DNA of 33,081 nt from Chthoniobacterales bacterium (GTDB lineage Bacteria; Verrucomicrobiota; Verrucomicrobiia; Chthoniobacterales; UBA10450), in assembly GCA_040004745.1 (NCBI GenBank), contig JBDUAH010000001.1:1-33081 (forward strand), written 5' to 3'. Below the pieces are notes generated by a model, which was not told the DNA's origin, ran no database searches, and saw only the letters and a program-made list of their open reading frames with translations. Each line of letters begins with the position of its first letter. The stretch's first letter is position 1. Shown piece by piece: positions 32,506 to 33,081 of this stretch. The position numbers and the translations under genes were made by a program.

Positions 32506-32729
32506 CTTCCACCCCGCCAGCCGAACGCGACTGCGGGCGATTTCTCCGCGACGGCGGAGGACGGGGCATCGGCAGCGGTTGACGGAGCTGTATCGGCAGC
32601 GATTCGGCGAACACATTCCGCCGATTCGGCGGCAGGCGACTCCGCGAAATCGCGATAGATATGCGCGTCCTCCTCCGCCGTGCCCGCCAGAGCCAGAACC
32701 TGCGCTTCGTTCAGATCACGAAAATGCAT
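32506..32729. pseudogene. scrambled remnant of an erythrin/ferritin-like (MbfA N-terminal domain-like) gene; two consecutive pieces lie on opposite strands and one has a frameshift
   Basis: Minus strand 32729->32640 encodes MHFRDLNEAQVLALAGTAEEDAHIYRDFAE. Plus strand 32506->32565 encodes LPPRQPNATAGDFSATAEDG. An extra G in the GGGG run at 32563-32566 shifts the frame. Plus strand 32567->32635 then encodes HRQRLTELYRQRFGEHIPPIRRQ. Joined in that order, they match my memory of the erythrin domain (..LSEREILALAI..EEED.RIY..FAE.LRE.YP.SA..F..MA.EE..HR..L...Y...FG...PPIRR..). Confidence 0.45.
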
Positions 32730-33081
32730 GCGGTAAAAGTCTCGCGATGATGATCGTGCCCGCAACGATTAACGCCCCACGCAAGCCATGTCGCCGAATC
32801 AGATCTTTCACGCCGGAAGGCGTGTAGCCACGTCGCTGCGCGACGTGCCCTTGCGGCCACCACCTACCGGGGCGGTCTCATTGGCCACGCGCAACTACGG
32901 CATATCCGATAAAAAACGCCCAGTATCGCCCAGCAAAGAGAATTACGGATGCGGATTGTACGGGCCACGATCCAGCGGGCTTGGCGTCGAGCCAACCGGA
33001 GGGAGGAGCCGCGCTTTCCGCCGCCGTTCCGTCTGCTCAATCTCCCGCGCCTCCTGCAAACGGTTCCGCCGTACCGACACC

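Noticed and set aside
32829-32847. Perfect 8-bp palindrome CACGTCGC-TGC-GCGACGTG in the right-hand intergenic region.
   Set aside because: It is short and has no adjacent T-tract on either strand. Its distance from any stop codon gives no clear role as terminator or operator. Palindromes like this are common by chance in GC-rich DNA.
32943-33080. Possible 3' end of a minus-strand gene running off the right edge (...VSVRRNRLQEAREIEQTERRRKARLLPPVGSTPSPLDRGPYNPHP, stop at 32943-32945), followed by a T6 tract.
   Set aside because: Only 45 codons are visible, with no family signature and no clear terminator stem. That is too little evidence to call a feature.

Overview
High-GC (about 60%) bacterial chromosomal window. 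It is densely coding, with about 27 protein genes and one tRNA. I saw no rRNA, CRISPR array, transposase or integrase. Taxon cannot be fixed from sequence alone; the ADOP permease, BNR/sortilin-like protein and weak Shine-Dalgarno usage would fit a soil Verrucomicrobiota- or Acidobacteriota-like organism, but that is inference.

Gene content, left to right:
- SAM methyltransferase (5' partial), EamA transporter, ADOP-type duplicated FtsX permease.
- A nested palindromic REP/MITE-like element.
- BNR/Asp-box sortilin-like protein, then a LolA-like protein.
- TonB-dependent receptor, tRNA-Ala(CGC), two small secreted proteins.
- Radical-SAM plus DUF4130-UdgX DNA-metabolism pair.
- ParA, a stand-alone LanB-type (lantibiotic dehydratase N-terminal domain) protein, and a REC-histidine kinase hybrid.
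- Divergently: a FabF-like ketosynthase and two sensor kinases.
- fba, lpxD, a CheY-like receiver, a YacP/NYN protein, a small basic protein, a coiled-coil membrane protein, a small lipoprotein, glgC.
- A scrambled remnant of an erythrin/MbfA-like gene.

The region most worth a second look is 13.4-26.6 kb. It is a divergent pair of tightly packed, translationally coupled operons. They combine three histidine kinases, a ketosynthase that keeps its Cys but appears to have lost both catalytic His, and an 805-aa LanB-type glutamylation-domain protein with no elimination domain, cyclase or obvious precursor. That protein's stop overlaps (ATGA) the start of an orphan ParA, which is followed by the radical-SAM/UdgX pair. 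I do not recognise this combination as a described system.

All family assignments come from motif recognition by eye, not from searches.
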